Assembly: GCA_051294905.1 (NCBI GenBank)
Contig: CM119372.1
Coordinates: 19,964,001 to 20,028,000, forward strand
Direction of reading: 5' to 3'
DNA: 64,000 nt
From: Botryllus schlosseri
Taxonomy: Eukaryota
The translations under genes were made by a program, and so were the position numbers. Shown in pieces: positions 27,101 through 38,930 of this stretch. Under the pieces are notes generated by a model. It was not told the origin of the DNA and did not search any database. It was given only the letters and a program-made list of their open reading frames with translations. Numbering within the stretch: the stretch's first letter is position 1; the number at the start of each line of letters is the position of its first letter.

Positions 27101-27650
27101 TGGAAGATAATATTTTCACAAAAAAAATACTGCAAACATACGAACTCTGTCCATTAATGCTTTAGAATGCATAAAATGGACTTAACGCCCGTATACGACT
27201 GCTAAGGCTGCAGTAGTCTAAATTTAATAGTAGCCCACGAATACATGGAAATAATGTTATGCGGCCCGCAGCGTCTTTTGCTGTTAAAATGCGGCCCGCT
27301 ATACAAGGGAAGTTGAGAACCCCTGGGCTAATGCATGCGAAACGAACGAACTACAATCATAACACGCATTGTCACGATTCCAAGCTATGACTGCTTTTGA
27401 AATGGTAACGTATATATTATGCATGCAACGCCAGGTGAAACTACAGAAGCAAATCATACCAGTGCAAATTTTGCCAACAGCCGAATGTTAATATAATCTT
27501 TTAGATGCATTCATTTCGCCATTCATTTCCATTGTGGAAATCTATATGCACATGCACACTTTTGAATGCAATAAAATCTTAAACGTAATTATAATATCAG
27601 GCACAATCAGGGTGTTCAGGTGTTGTCGGATGAACGGGTTATTCGAGGCC

Positions 27651-27792
27651 CTGTGGATATAAAGCTGTATCAGCTGTACCAGCTGCATCAGCTGTATCAG
27701 CTGTATCACTCTGTGGATATAAAGCTGTATCAGCTGTATCACTATGTGGATAAAAAACTGTATCAGCTGCATCACCCTGTGGATATAAAGCC
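27651..27792 (+). repeat. Composite tandem repeat: ctgtggatataaa alternating with (gctgtatca)n, n=5,2,2
   Basis: Read directly from the sequence. Confidence 0.95.
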
Positions 27793-28027
27793 GTTATTCG
27801 ATCATAGTCGCGCCAAAGTTGCATCCCCGCGAGAATGGCGAGATTTTCTAAAATGTTTTTAAGCTCGGGCTGACGTCATTGCGGATATTGCGACTGACCT
27901 TATTTTGTAGGCCACTGACCTTATTGTGCGTCATTGGATTGGATGCTGTTTTGCTTGTAGCGTACACTTGATCGCACCAACGCTGGTTATGGTTTTAGGC
28001 GAAAAAGTATATAGGGTTGGTGTGATT

Positions 28028-28210
28028 ACATGCAAAATAAGGTCATTCGCGACATGCAAAATGAGGTCAGTCACATGCAAAATAAGGTCAGTCACGACAT
28101 GCAAAATAAGGTCATTCGCGACATGCAAAATAAGGTCAGTCACATGCAAAATAAGGTCAGTCGCGACATGCAAAATAAGGTCATTCGCGACATGCAAAAT
28201 AAGGTTAGTC
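28028..28210 (+). repeat. Minisatellite, 8 units of acatgcaaaataaggtca(g/t)tc(gcg), 21/24 bp, with a 69-bp higher-order pattern
   Basis: Unit lengths 24-21-24-24-21-24-24; two inverted units at 27890-27930. Confidence 0.95.
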
Positions 28211-29539
28211 CGCGTACGACTTCTTCAGCGAAGGCTGTGCGAGTGTAAGGTTTCCGCATTGTAGGTGTAGCTTTATGAAGTGTATATGTGTAAATGGTGT
28301 GCTGTTTAATATCAGCTAGCGTCAAGTAAGTCTTTTGCTGTTTGATTTCACGCGTGATTAGCTAATAATACTGATAGCCTCTAAATCAGTCTGTTCTGTT
28401 GCAAATAGGGCTGAGCACATGAGCGATCCAATTCCGAATCCCGTATTGGTATTGTACTTCGAGAGTCGAGTATTCGAGAATTACTCGTCATTATGAGGTA
28501 TTAACGGTATGTCCAAATATGTTTCTTTTATACGTCCTCAAAGGATATAATGCCTGTTCTCCATCACATTGGAGATTTTTGGTGTTTTTCGACCATACCG
28601 ATTTCATTGCACTTAGTGACCTGTTATGGGTTGATAATGACTTGAGAAATATGTTATTACTCGTAACGTTGGTAGCTTTGTTGTGCCTTTGTACCATGTC
28701 AGTGGTTCTCAACATTTTTGTCTTCGCGGGCCCTCAAGCCTTAGTTCAAATTTTCTTCTATTATCGTGCAACCGTCATCTGTCTCGTGTAATTATTAACT
28801 GTAGGCTATTGATGAACAGCAATAAAATGACCGATCTTGAAAATAACATTTACTATTTATGTAGAAATTGGGAAGACTTCATTTTATTTCAAAGCGAATT
28901 CTGTAGCTGCATTTTATGAAATACTGGCCATATCTTGAAAAGACGCGCCATCAATTTGATGTAAACGAGTGCCTAAAATCCATTTCCACGAAAATGGGGA
29001 AGGCTAATGTAATAATGCATAACGTTTCCGACGACACATTTGGCTATGATCGCAACATACAACATACAGATCAATATAATGTCCAGCCTAGTTATTTCTA
29101 TGTAGCAGGTAGTAGCTCATCTTGAAGTTATTCGGGACTAACAGTAATGTTTCTCATAGGAGAATATGGATCTCTGTAAACAAATATTTTTCAAAACCTA
29201 ACACACCATCCCTAAACAGCAAAATGTTACAATGTTGGTATAAAATTAGGCTATTGGCAATTAAAATGAGTTCGCATAGTGGTATCTATCAACTCAGACG
29301 AACATTCTGGTTATAAGAGTCCTGAAGTTTTAGCAGAAAATGAAGCGAAAGTGGTTTATCATTTCTCCAATTTAAAGAAAATATGAATAAATAAGGTTAT
29401 TAACCATTTTGCAAAAACGATTAACATTGTACATCAACAATCGTATCTCAAGATATAGCGTCACCAGCATGAAATTTCGAATACGAGAGCGTTCAATGTA
29501 CTATTTTTAGATGGCACACAAACTCTTCTTGTTGACACA

Positions 29540-30049
29540 TAGGGCTGGGCAAATTCGAGTACCAGGGTGATTCGATTCTGAATCATGTATTATGCTTCGA
29601 GTCGAGTATCGAGTATCACTCATTATTACGTCATAACATAATGAAAGATGTCCAAGCTCAAATATGTATCTTTTATGCCACCACATAGCATATAATGCCT
29701 TGTTATGCATCAAATTTAAGATACTTTGGTACTTTTTAGACCATACCGATTTCGTTGCTTTTTGTGACAATGTTGTGGGATGATCAGGACTTCTGAAATG
29801 TGTTATGTCACGCAACGTTCGTGGCTTTGTACTATAAGTTTCGTACGTTGCGATAGTCCAATCAAGGTTTCAAGGCTCCCAGATTGGAAAATAGTATTGA
29901 AACTACAATTTTCGCTAATAAATTAACATGCAGTGGTGAGGAGCGTATAATTTGAGTACTCGAAAAATCGTATTTTACTACTCGACTCGAATCATTGAAG
30001 TTGATACTCGATTCAGATTCGAGTACTCGAATCATTGTGCCCAGCCCTA
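29540..30049. mobile_element. hAT MITE (TAGGGCTGGGCA TIRs)
   Basis: 12-bp TIRs, perfect 8-bp TSD TTGACACA, internal actcga repeats. Related copies at 44461-44969 (inverted), 28406-28690 and ~46179 (partial). Confidence 0.9.
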
Positions 30050-30650
30050 TTGACACAGCCTTGGCTGGTGTATTTTGATCAAAGTCAAATTTTAGGCGCA
30101 CAACAATAATAATATAAGTATAGGCCTACAAAGTATGCACTGAATACAACTGTCTTCGTATGTTATATGTCCTGTTGGTAAATCAGAAGTGATCAGATCG
30201 TTCCCCACGGATTCAAATTTACATCCTCAATTCGAATCTAAGAAACGACACAATCAACTTTTATCTTTAATTTTGCGAAACTGGTTATTGAGAATGACTA
30301 ACTAAAAAATTCTTGTCTGTGTTTTTGATGCGTGTACTTGTACGGTGTACGCTACCATTAAATTAGTGATTGGTATGTTTTGAAAATTTTATCTCCATTA
30401 TTTCCTTGGTCGCTATATAGTTGAATAAATATATTGCGTTTTCGCTAGTATTCTCACTTTAATATGGTGGATTCAGATGTTCACTGCAGCAAGCAAGCTA
30501 AAAAGTTTACCTGCCCCTGATATAGGGGCTGGGCCACATTGACAAAATCGACAGACCCGCTATGTGGATGCTCTTTGACTAATGTCCAGAGGGCTTGAAT
30601 TGACCATTGATTTTATTGCAGCACTTTACGCTATATGCTACAGTATAAGA

Positions 30651-31505
30651 ATGGGCTATAATTGTTGTGTTCCGGGATGTAGAACTGGTTATAAAAGGAA
30701 GAAAGGTGAACCGGAAAAGAGCCCTGTTCCTTGCTATAGATTTCCAAGTGATCCTAGCATGCAGGCGAGATGGATTAGAGCAATCGCGAGTGAAGGTTTG
30801 GTCGCTTCACATGGACGTAGAGTTTGCCAGCTACACTTTTCGGATGACGATTTCCAACAATTTTCAAGTGACAAGCAGTCAAGGCGCAAGAAACATCATG
30901 GTGGTGCAAAATTATCTAGACCACGTCTAAAACCTACTGCTGTTCCTCATATTTTCCCAACTTTGCAAACTTATCCAACGAGTTCCAATCCGAGGCCTCT
31001 AAATAACAGCATCTCCTTATCTGCTCGCCTTTCCAGCGAAGATGCACACAGAGAAGAATGCAAAGCGGAGTTTGTTCAGCAGGAATGTGTGGATGATCTC
31101 GACTCGTTGAAAGAAAAGTTTCTGAATGAGCTTCCTCCTGCCGGATACATCATTTCTGCTGACAATGAGACGTTGCAGTTCCATCTTATAAGTTCGACAA
31201 TAGACATTAATCACCCACCTATGCTCAAAGCTTCGGTGATAGTATTAAATGACATGAGGATTCATTCATTCATCAAGGGATCCCCTGTTCCGCCTTCGGT
31301 TTATGATGACTTGTTGGGTGCAAGTTACATTCAAACGACATCCGAATTGAAAAACATTCTTGATAGATGTAAATCATTGTCAAGCGATGACGAGAATTCC
31401 ACCCACATCGACTTTGCTCTATCTTTGTTGGAAAAGTACATAACTGTGCAGGTGCCATCTAAACAATCTGAAGTCTTCAGATCAGATTCGTTATTGAACA
31501 ATTGA
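30651..31505 (+). CDS. THAP-domain protein derived from a P-element/THAP9-like transposase, copy 1 (3' end frameshifted; 284 aa from the ATG)
   Basis: C2CH THAP signature CCVPGC..RFP..W..VCQLHF..PTAVP. Frameshift near 31470; downstream homology (IEQLTL, SPALYKQLL) continues out of frame to ~31830, with a TAA and an ~200-bp interruption. Confidence 0.85.
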   Translation: MGYNCCVPGCRTGYKRKKGEPEKSPVPCYRFPSDPSMQARWIRAIASEGLVASHGRRVCQLHFSDDDFQQFSSDKQSRRKKHHGGAKLSRPRLKPTAVPHIFPTLQTYPTSSNPRPLNNSISLSARLSSEDAHREECKAEFVQQECVDDLDSLKEKFLNELPPAGYIISADNETLQFHLISSTIDINHPPMLKASVIVLNDMRIHSFIKGSPVPPSVYDDLLGASYIQTTSELKNILDRCKSLSSDDENSTHIDFALSLLEKYITVQVPSKQSEVFRSDSLLNN

Positions 31506-32435
31506 CTCTTATCAAGTGCCCCTTTATCACCTGCAGATAATCTTCAGATTGCTTGTCCTTTATATGCTATCTTATATTGCTTTTCATTTAGTATTCCGTA
31601 CTTCACATCGTTTAGGCCCAGATTAGTGTCTGATTTCAAAGACTCCAAGTCGTTTTGTCCCCAGTCATTCTTTTAATTGCAAAACAATCTTGTGGTGTTT
31701 TTGAAAGGAAAAAATTATTAACACTAAACTCGACTCAATTTAGTACCTGATTGCAATCCCTTTCATGTAGAGATTGAATAGTCCCAGCTGTCTATAAGCA
31801 GCTGCTGGATATTTTTGTTTGGCCCTAAATTCATTACCTGGCCGTCAGTTATGATAAAGTAAGACGCAGTCACCGATTATAGATTGTCCTGCGGAGTTGA
31901 AATTTCACTAAATTTTCATTTAATGCATGTCAACAAGTTTTTGCGAGTCTTTGTGGTAGAATGGATCGACTCATATCTGTTATCAAGTGGCCCATTCTGG
32001 ATTTTTAGACATCCCTGCCGATTTTTAGATATCCCTGCCATGACGCAGTGGTGGGTCGTCCCATAGGGCAAGTGGGACATCGCCCCACCTATAAATCTGT
32101 GCAATGCCAATACATTATTTATAGACGTTTGTAAATGCCTAGCCAAGGCATTCATTTTCTTGCTTTAGTAATGCTCATAACTATTGTAGCTTTTATTGTC
32201 TAATCTCCCGAAAAGCCACTCACAATAGTTGAGTTTCTTTTTTGTCTTATTCGGCAAAATTAGTAACCACATTAGCAAATTTTGATTTTCCTGATTTTTT
32301 CTCGTAAAGCTATCACTCCCGTATTGTGTTGCTCTAACCCCAAAGAAATGTCACCAGATCACCCGTGTGGAAATAATTACCAACCAGTCAAGAACCTCTG
32401 TCTTAAAATTACATATAGCCTACTCGCTACTAAAA

Positions 32436-33548
32436 ATGGGTTATAGCTGTTGTGTTCCTGGATGTAGAACTGGCTATCGAAGAAGGAAAGATGAACCTAA
32501 AGACAGTGCTTCTGTGCCTCGTTTTGGTTTTCCACGTGATGCTGACATGCAGAAAAGGTGGCTCAAAGCTATCCCAAGAAATGATTTGACCGCTTCAGCC
32601 GGACTTAAAGTTTGCAGGCTTCACTTTTCAGATGACGATCTTGAACATATTTCGTGTGATGCTACGTCGAGACGCAGAAGGAAGCGCACATCTATGGAAT
32701 TGTCAAGATTACGTCTCAAATCAACTGCTGTCCCGCATATATTTCCGTCATTGCCGAAATATCTGACAAAGCCCAATCCGAAGCCTCGAAGTGGCAAGTG
32801 CTCCTCTTCTAGCCGCCTGTCCAGTGAAAATGCGCGCACAGAACACCGTAACGAGGAGTTGATTCGGCAGGAATTTGTACATGACCTCCAGTCTTTGAAA
32901 GAAAAGTTGAAGAAAGAGATTCTTCCGGATGGATATGTCTCAATTGCTGACCACGAAACATTACAGTTCCACCTGATATCTTCGGAAAAAGCTACTGAAA
33001 AGCAACCTATGCTCACATCTTCTGTAATTGTAGCTAAGGACATGACAATTCGGTCATTTGTTAAAGGCACCCTTGTTCCGTCTTCTATTTATGAAGACTT
33101 ATTGTCTGCAAATTGCGTGAAAAAGACATCCGACATAAACAATGTTCTTGCAAGATGCAAGGCATTGTCACTGTCTAGTGTGAATCCCATCAACTACATA
33201 GACTCGGCTGTCTCGCTGTTGAAGAAGTATCAATCTAGCAATCATTTGTCGTCTGCAAGATATGATGACATCAACCCTACGTTGATCGGATTCATTATTG
33301 AGCAATTGACGCTTTGTCAGGTGCCCCCTAAAGGTCGCAGATACTCTTCAGATATGATAGAAACTGCTTTGATGTGGAAATCGAATAGTCCAGCTCTCTA
33401 TAAGCAGCTGCTGAATGTTTTTGCTTTGCCTACAATATGTTCCCTCCATCGGTTATGTAAGGATAAGACACAGTCGCCAGTTGAAGTGGATATGGATTTT
33501 CCTGCTATTAATGACCCTGTTGTGAGATCCGTGGAATCGGAGTTATAA
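32436..33548 (+). CDS. THAP-domain protein derived from a P-element/THAP9-like transposase, copy 2 (370 aa, no catalytic domain)
   Basis: Intact THAP domain (CCVPGC..RFGFP..RW..VCRLHF..STAVPHIFP). Followed by KGRRYS..SPALYKQL..LPTICSLHRL, typical of the P-transposase N-terminal helical region, then a stop before any DDE/RNase H core. Confidence 0.9.
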   Translation: MGYSCCVPGCRTGYRRRKDEPKDSASVPRFGFPRDADMQKRWLKAIPRNDLTASAGLKVCRLHFSDDDLEHISCDATSRRRRKRTSMELSRLRLKSTAVPHIFPSLPKYLTKPNPKPRSGKCSSSSRLSSENARTEHRNEELIRQEFVHDLQSLKEKLKKEILPDGYVSIADHETLQFHLISSEKATEKQPMLTSSVIVAKDMTIRSFVKGTLVPSSIYEDLLSANCVKKTSDINNVLARCKALSLSSVNPINYIDSAVSLLKKYQSSNHLSSARYDDINPTLIGFIIEQLTLCQVPPKGRRYSSDMIETALMWKSNSPALYKQLLNVFALPTICSLHRLCKDKTQSPVEVDMDFPAINDPVVRSVESEL

Positions 33549-35378
33549 TGAACATACTTTAACACCACGTTGAAGTCTGAGGATTCGAGAGTCTGAGTCG
33601 GTTAACGAGTGGCCGATGCTGAAGTTTAAATATTCATGTGGTGACTTCATATGCTTATTAAAATAAATCACTTCAAGTTTTGAGGATGCTGAACTCTTCA
33701 TTCATCCATGCCAGACTGGATATGTTTCCCACATTGTGTGTTTCCGCATGTGCTTAATGAATGTATTTTTGCAGGTTGGGTCCCGTAGCTAGGACGTTTA
33801 AAAATGACCAGTCAGAAAAGTACTCGAGTGGTTTGAAGAACTGCGTTATGACCAGACTTCGCAGTCGTTTGTTAGTCAAGCACAATTGAGTGGATTCACA
33901 ACTGAAAGACGACATGACAAACAAAGTGACTGTTGCTTCAGATTAGTTCAAATTATGATCATTTACGGTATTGCATTCGAAAGCTACATCACGCCTATTT
34001 TCTATGTTGATTTTGAGTAATAAAAGTGATGCAAACCCATAGCAATACCAGAGGTGGTGGGTAAACAAGTACTTCTACTGTTTCGAAGTACTCAAAGTAG
34101 TTTCCCCTACTTTAAATACTTGCTCAAGTAAGTCTAATTTTCCACTAATTATACTTTGTCATATTTGGTGACTAATGTTTTGCTATTAAGGTTTGTCAAG
34201 TAGAAGTATTATGTTCTTCCAATGGTAGAGAAATTGAGATAGAGAAATTTTGTAGTAACTCTGCTAGATCACAACCATTGGATATGCCGCCTCGTAACAT
34301 AGCGATAACTGAGTATATATTTTTGCATTTCATTGTGCATGACTGGAGACTAGGATGGCCAAGACAGGCATTTCATTGTAACTTCAATGAATAGTGAAAT
34401 TACCACATTAATGGTATTTTGTCTATCAGTCCTAGTATTTGGAAAAGGGGGCCAGAAACTGGCGAGACTGAGGAAAATTACTATATTATGAATGCGAGTC
34501 CTGTTATCAGGCACTGTGGAGTTGAAATTTCAGTGAATTCATGTATTGAATATAAAAGCCATCATTTAAGGTTTTGCGAGTCTTGAGTTTGTGGTAAAAT
34601 GGATCGACTCCTCATTTATGTCTGTTATCAAGTGGCCCATCCTGGATTTTTAGATATCCCTGCCATGAAACCATGGTGGGTCGTCCCATAGGGCAAGCGG
34701 GACTTCGCACCACCGATAAATCTGTGCAATGCCAATACAACATTTATAGTCGCAGGTCAATAAAAATGGCGCAATTGTTGTGAAAATCGCTATACTTTAC
34801 TGTGCTTTCGTATGTAAATGCCTAGCCAAGCCATTCATTTTCTTGCCTTGGTACTGCTCATAACTACTGTAGGTTTTATTGCCTAATCTCCCACAAAGCC
34901 CCTCACAATAATGAAAGCAACAATTGGGTTCCTTTTTTGTCTTATTCGGCAAAATTAGTTACCAAATTAGCAAATTTTGATTTTCCTTACTTTTTCTCGT
35001 AAATCTATGATATAATCAAACATGTCTGTACCTGAAATTCTTGTGCAGTCTACAAAAAAAGCAAGTGACAACTAGTGATGTTTCAATTGCTCCAAACTGG
35101 CTAATCCTGTAAGGTGTTGCAAATCCGCTGACCCAACTTGAATACATGCGGGTTAGGGCTGTTCAAAAATAACTTTTTTTCCTGAATCTTGCTGGTTACT
35201 TGATTAAATCGTTAGGTTGCCTTAAAAAACGACGCATACCAAATTTGAATTCATTCCGACAAATATTCGCGGGTTACGTAGAGTTTGAAAATTTTGGATT
35301 TGCCCAAAAACGCAAAAAAAAATTTTTCTCAAATGTTTTTGCCAACCCCATGAAATTGTTGGGCTGTCTTCAAAAACT

Positions 35379-36269
35379 ATGCAAAACAAATTTGACTCAA
35401 TTCCAAGCCGTAGAAGCGGAGTTATTCCAGTTTTTCGGTCAACTGCTGTACCGCATATATTTCCGTCATTGCCTAAATATCTGACAAAACCCAATCCGAA
35501 ACCTCGAAGTGACAAGTGTTCCTCTTCTAGCCGCCTGTCCAGTGAAAATGCCCGCACAGAACAACGTAACGAGGAGTTGATTCGACAGGAACTTGCATAT
35601 GACCTACAGTCTTTGAAAGAAAAGCTGCAGAAAGAGATCCTTCCAGATGGATATGTCTCAATTAGTGACCATGAAACATTACAGTTCCACCTGATATCTT
35701 CGGAAAAAGCTACTGAAAAGCAACCTATGCTCACATCTTCAGTAATTGTAGCTAAGGATATGACGATTCGGTCATTTGTTAAAGGCACCCTTGTTCCGCC
35801 TTCTACTTATGAAGACCTTATGACTGCAAATTGTGTGAAAAAGACATCCGACATAAACAATGTTCTTGCAAGATGCAAGGCATTGTCAATGTCTAGTGTG
35901 AATCCCATCAACTATATAGACTCGGCTGTCTTGCTGTTAAAGAAGTATCAATCTAGCAATTACTTGTCGTCTGCAGGATCTGACGACATCAACGCCAATT
36001 TGATCGGATTTATTATTGAGCAATTGACGCTTTGTCAGGTGCCCCCTAAAGGTCGCAGATACTCTTCAGATATGATAGAAACTGCCTTCATGTGGAAATC
36101 GACTAGTCCTGCTCTCTATAAGCAGCTGCTGAATGTTTTTGCTTTGCCTGCGATACGTTCTCTCCATCGGTTATATAAAGATAAGACGCAGTCACCAGAC
36201 GAACTGGATATGGATTTTCCTGCTATTGATGACCCTGTTATGAGATCTGTGGAATCGGAATTACCATGA
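35379..36269 (+). CDS. THAP-less paralog, copy 3 (296 aa; first 20 codons come from a MITE)
   Basis: From 35439 collinear with copy 2 (STAVPHIFP...VESEL) with no indels. The ATG at 35379 lies in repeat sequence homologous to 37769-38231. Confidence 0.75.
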   Translation: MQNKFDSIPSRRSGVIPVFRSTAVPHIFPSLPKYLTKPNPKPRSDKCSSSSRLSSENARTEQRNEELIRQELAYDLQSLKEKLQKEILPDGYVSISDHETLQFHLISSEKATEKQPMLTSSVIVAKDMTIRSFVKGTLVPPSTYEDLMTANCVKKTSDINNVLARCKALSMSSVNPINYIDSAVLLLKKYQSSNYLSSAGSDDINANLIGFIIEQLTLCQVPPKGRRYSSDMIETAFMWKSTSPALYKQLLNVFALPAIRSLHRLYKDKTQSPDELDMDFPAIDDPVMRSVESELP

Positions 36270-37057
36270 TCATTCTTTAACTCCACATTGAATTTGAGGA
36301 TTCAGGAGTATGAGTCGGTTGACAAGTGGCCCGTGCTGCAGTTTTAGATATCCTCGCGAATGCTGCGATGACTTCAAATGATTTTTAAAATCAATCGCCT
36401 CAAGCTTGCTGAATACTTCATTCATCCATGCCAGACTGAAGATGTTTCTCGCACTGCAATTTTCTGCATGCGCCCACTTAATGTATTTTTGACGGTTGTG
36501 TCCTGTAGCTAATTGGTTGGTTAAAAATGAGCAGTCTGAATGAAAGCACTCGAGTGGTTTAAAAACTGGGTCATGACCAGACTTCACAGACTTCAATCGC
36601 AATTGAGTGCGTTCAAAACTGAACGATTACATGACCAATGCAGCGTGACTATTGCTTCGGATAGGTTGAAATGATGATCAGTTATTGCAATCGAAAGCTA
36701 CATCACGCCTATTTTCTATGTTGATCTGAGTAATAAGACAGATGCAAACCCATAGCAATACCAGAGGTGGTCGGTAACTAAGTACTTCTACTGTTTCGAA
36801 GTAATCGAGTAGTTTCCCCTACTTTCAGTACTTGCTAAAGTAAGTCTAATATTCCGCAACTTCACTATGTCATATTTTGTGACTTGCGTTTTGCTATGCA
36901 AGGTTTGTCAAGTAGAAGTAGCAAATTTTGATTTTCCTGAATTCTCGTAAATCTATGTAGTCAATCATGGCTGTACCTGAAATCCTTGTGCAGTCTACTA
37001 AAAGCAAGTGATAGTTTGTGAAGGTTCAATTGCGCCAGGCTCGCCAATCCTTTAAGG

Positions 37058-37719
37058 CAATGGTTCTTGACCTCGGGGGGTAATAACCCCCGAAAGGGTA
37101 TTTTTCCGATTTTGGGGGCGTAATTCAAATTATGTTTTTATATACTTATAACGCTGCACTGAAATATTTTCAAATGTAAATATGAATGTAGGCTAACATA
37201 TATCTTTGTGAGCTTGCATATATTTCGTTTCCTTGTTTCGTTTTACACCATGCCTGCTGTGATATCATAGTAACCGTTAGTGTTTATGCATAACAGGGTC
37301 GACTGTGGTTTAATATAGTGCTAGGTAAGTCCCATTTATTTTGCAGTATTGCGGATCATACATTGTTGCACATGCTGGCAAATTGAAAGACAACAAGGTG
37401 GTCTAAATTTAGCTTTACACCTATAATGTAGCAACAATATCGTAGAAATATGGTTGGTAGTAGTGAAGTGTAGTGGTCTAGTCTAGTCAGTAAAATTGAG
37501 TCTGAAATCATCAAAATGCCTTCAAAGAAACGAGGGGAAGATTTTAAAACATTTTGGGTTCGCCTTGAAAATGAATAATCAATCTTTGTCATATATCAAG
37601 TCATTAATTAAATGGCATTCAACTATCTGATTGAATTTCCTTCCTTTTCGAAAGGGGATAATTGCATCCTTTCATTTTCTTCTGGGGGGTAACGATATGA
37701 AAAAGGTTAAGAACCACTG
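37058..37719. mobile_element. hAT (Charlie-like) MITE inserted in THAP-array unit 4
   Basis: TIRs caatggttcttgacct / aggttaagaaccactg; TSD ctttaagg/ctgtaagg; the empty site (single ctgtaagg) is visible at ~35107 in the paralogous unit. Confidence 0.85.
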
Positions 37720-37768
37720 CTGTAAGGCGTTGCAAATCCGCTGATCTAATTTGAACACATGTGGGTTA

Positions 37769-38231
37769 GGGGTCTTTAAAAATTACTTTTTTTTCCCAAA
37801 TCCTACTGGCTACTTGATAAAATTGTTATGTTACCTCATTTAAACCCACACACCAAATTTGGTTTAATTCCAACCAGTAGCCGCATTGCTACAGGAGAAG
37901 AAAGTTTCTATTTATTATATAAAAATAAATAACAAAAAATTTGAAAATTTTCTTTTCACCCCATGAAAGTGTAAGGTTGTCTACAGGGACGATTTCACCA
38001 AATTTGGTTCAATTCCAACCAGAGGAAGCGGAGTTAATGACGTCGAAAAATTTGGATATGAATAAAATAGTATTTACGGTGGGCACCAGTATAATAAATA
38101 ATTGAAGAATTGGTCACCGTAAATACTATTTTATTCATAATCCAAATTGTGTAGGCTTAAATTAGGTAACCTAACAATTCAACATCAAGTAGCCAGTACG
38201 ATTTGAGAAAAAAGTCATTTTTGAAGACCCC
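37769..38231. mobile_element. Long-TIR MITE, probably PIF/Harbinger-type, with an internal ~100-bp palindrome (38049-38148)
   Basis: ~70-bp imperfect TIRs starting ggggtc / ending gacccc, flanked by tta / taa. A truncated copy sits at the same site in unit 3 (35156-35438). Confidence 0.65.
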
Positions 38232-38689
38232 TAAGGTGGGTGCACGTCTTGGAAGCAGGCAAATCGAGTTATTATCAGCCTTTGAGGAGTACTTCTAGCA
38301 CTCCCGTAATGTGTTTCTCTAACTCTACCCCTAAAGAAATGCCACCCGTGAGAGAGAGAGAGAGAAAATGTAACTACGTCATGTTGCGCATTGCATGGAC
38401 TGAAAGCTATCGTCGTTTGATTATTATAACAATGGCTTAGTTGAGCTAGTTTGATATGGAGGCTGTATAAGTTTTTAGTCCAGGCTGCAGCACATGATTC
38501 CGGCTGTTGACAGCCCATAAGGGCTTATTGTCACAACAACCTTCTTACTTAGTATCTGATTCTGCTTGAAGTGGCTTAGGGCTGCTTCCGAAACCGCTAT
38601 AATGTACTCGTGTTTGAGTAGAATTATGAAACAGTATTGTTGCGATTGCATGCACACAAAATTGACAGGACTGTCGCGTGCAAATTAAA

Positions 38690-38930
38690 GTTATTCAACG
38701 GCCGCAGCATGCAAATTATGGTCAGTTGCTATACAATGCAAAACGAGGTCGGTCGCCACGCACACAATAAGATCGGTCACTGCATGCAAAATAAGGTCAG
38801 TAGCTACATACAAAATAACGTCAGTCGCTACGTACGAAATATATACAGTCGTGACGAGCAAGATGAATACAGGCTTTCCGAGCACAGTAAGGTCAGTCGC
38901 TACATGCAAAATAAGTATAGTCGTCACGTG
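38690..38930 (+). repeat. Degenerate copy of the 21/24-bp minisatellite
   Basis: Repeated (c)atgcaaaataaggtcagtcgct-like units. Confidence 0.8.

Larger units (their letters stand above)
30500..38350 (+). repeat. Tandem segmental array of ~2-2.5 kb units carrying the THAP genes (3 coding units plus a truncated fourth)
   Basis: Visually aligned duplicated blocks: 31880-32310 ~ 34510-35000; 33550-34210 ~ 36270-36920; 34970-35150 ~ 36920-37060 plus 37720-37768; 32310-32360 ~ 38295-38350. Confidence 0.85.

Noticed and set aside
25878-27325. Single 1.45-kb hAT element defined by cagggttctcaac / gttgagaacccctg ends
   Set aside because: No TSD match between the flanks; may be two independent MITE fragments.
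28028-28210. Regularly spaced repeats resembling a CRISPR array
   Set aside because: There are no unique spacers, the context is eukaryotic and no cas genes are present; it is a minisatellite.
27542-28264. ORFs with repetitive peptides (QLYQL, TCKIRS, MQNKV)
   Set aside because: They are translations of tandem DNA repeats in several frames, not proteins.
32050-32089. GC-rich hairpin upstream of THAP copy 2, also at 34675-34714
   Set aside because: Differences between the copies break pairs rather than compensate; its presence in both is explained by the duplication.
36270-36602. 110-aa antisense ORF whose stop abuts the stop of THAP copy 3 (TGATCA palindrome)
   Set aside because: The homologous frame downstream of copy 2 (33550-33880) contains stops, and there is no recognisable domain; probably chance.
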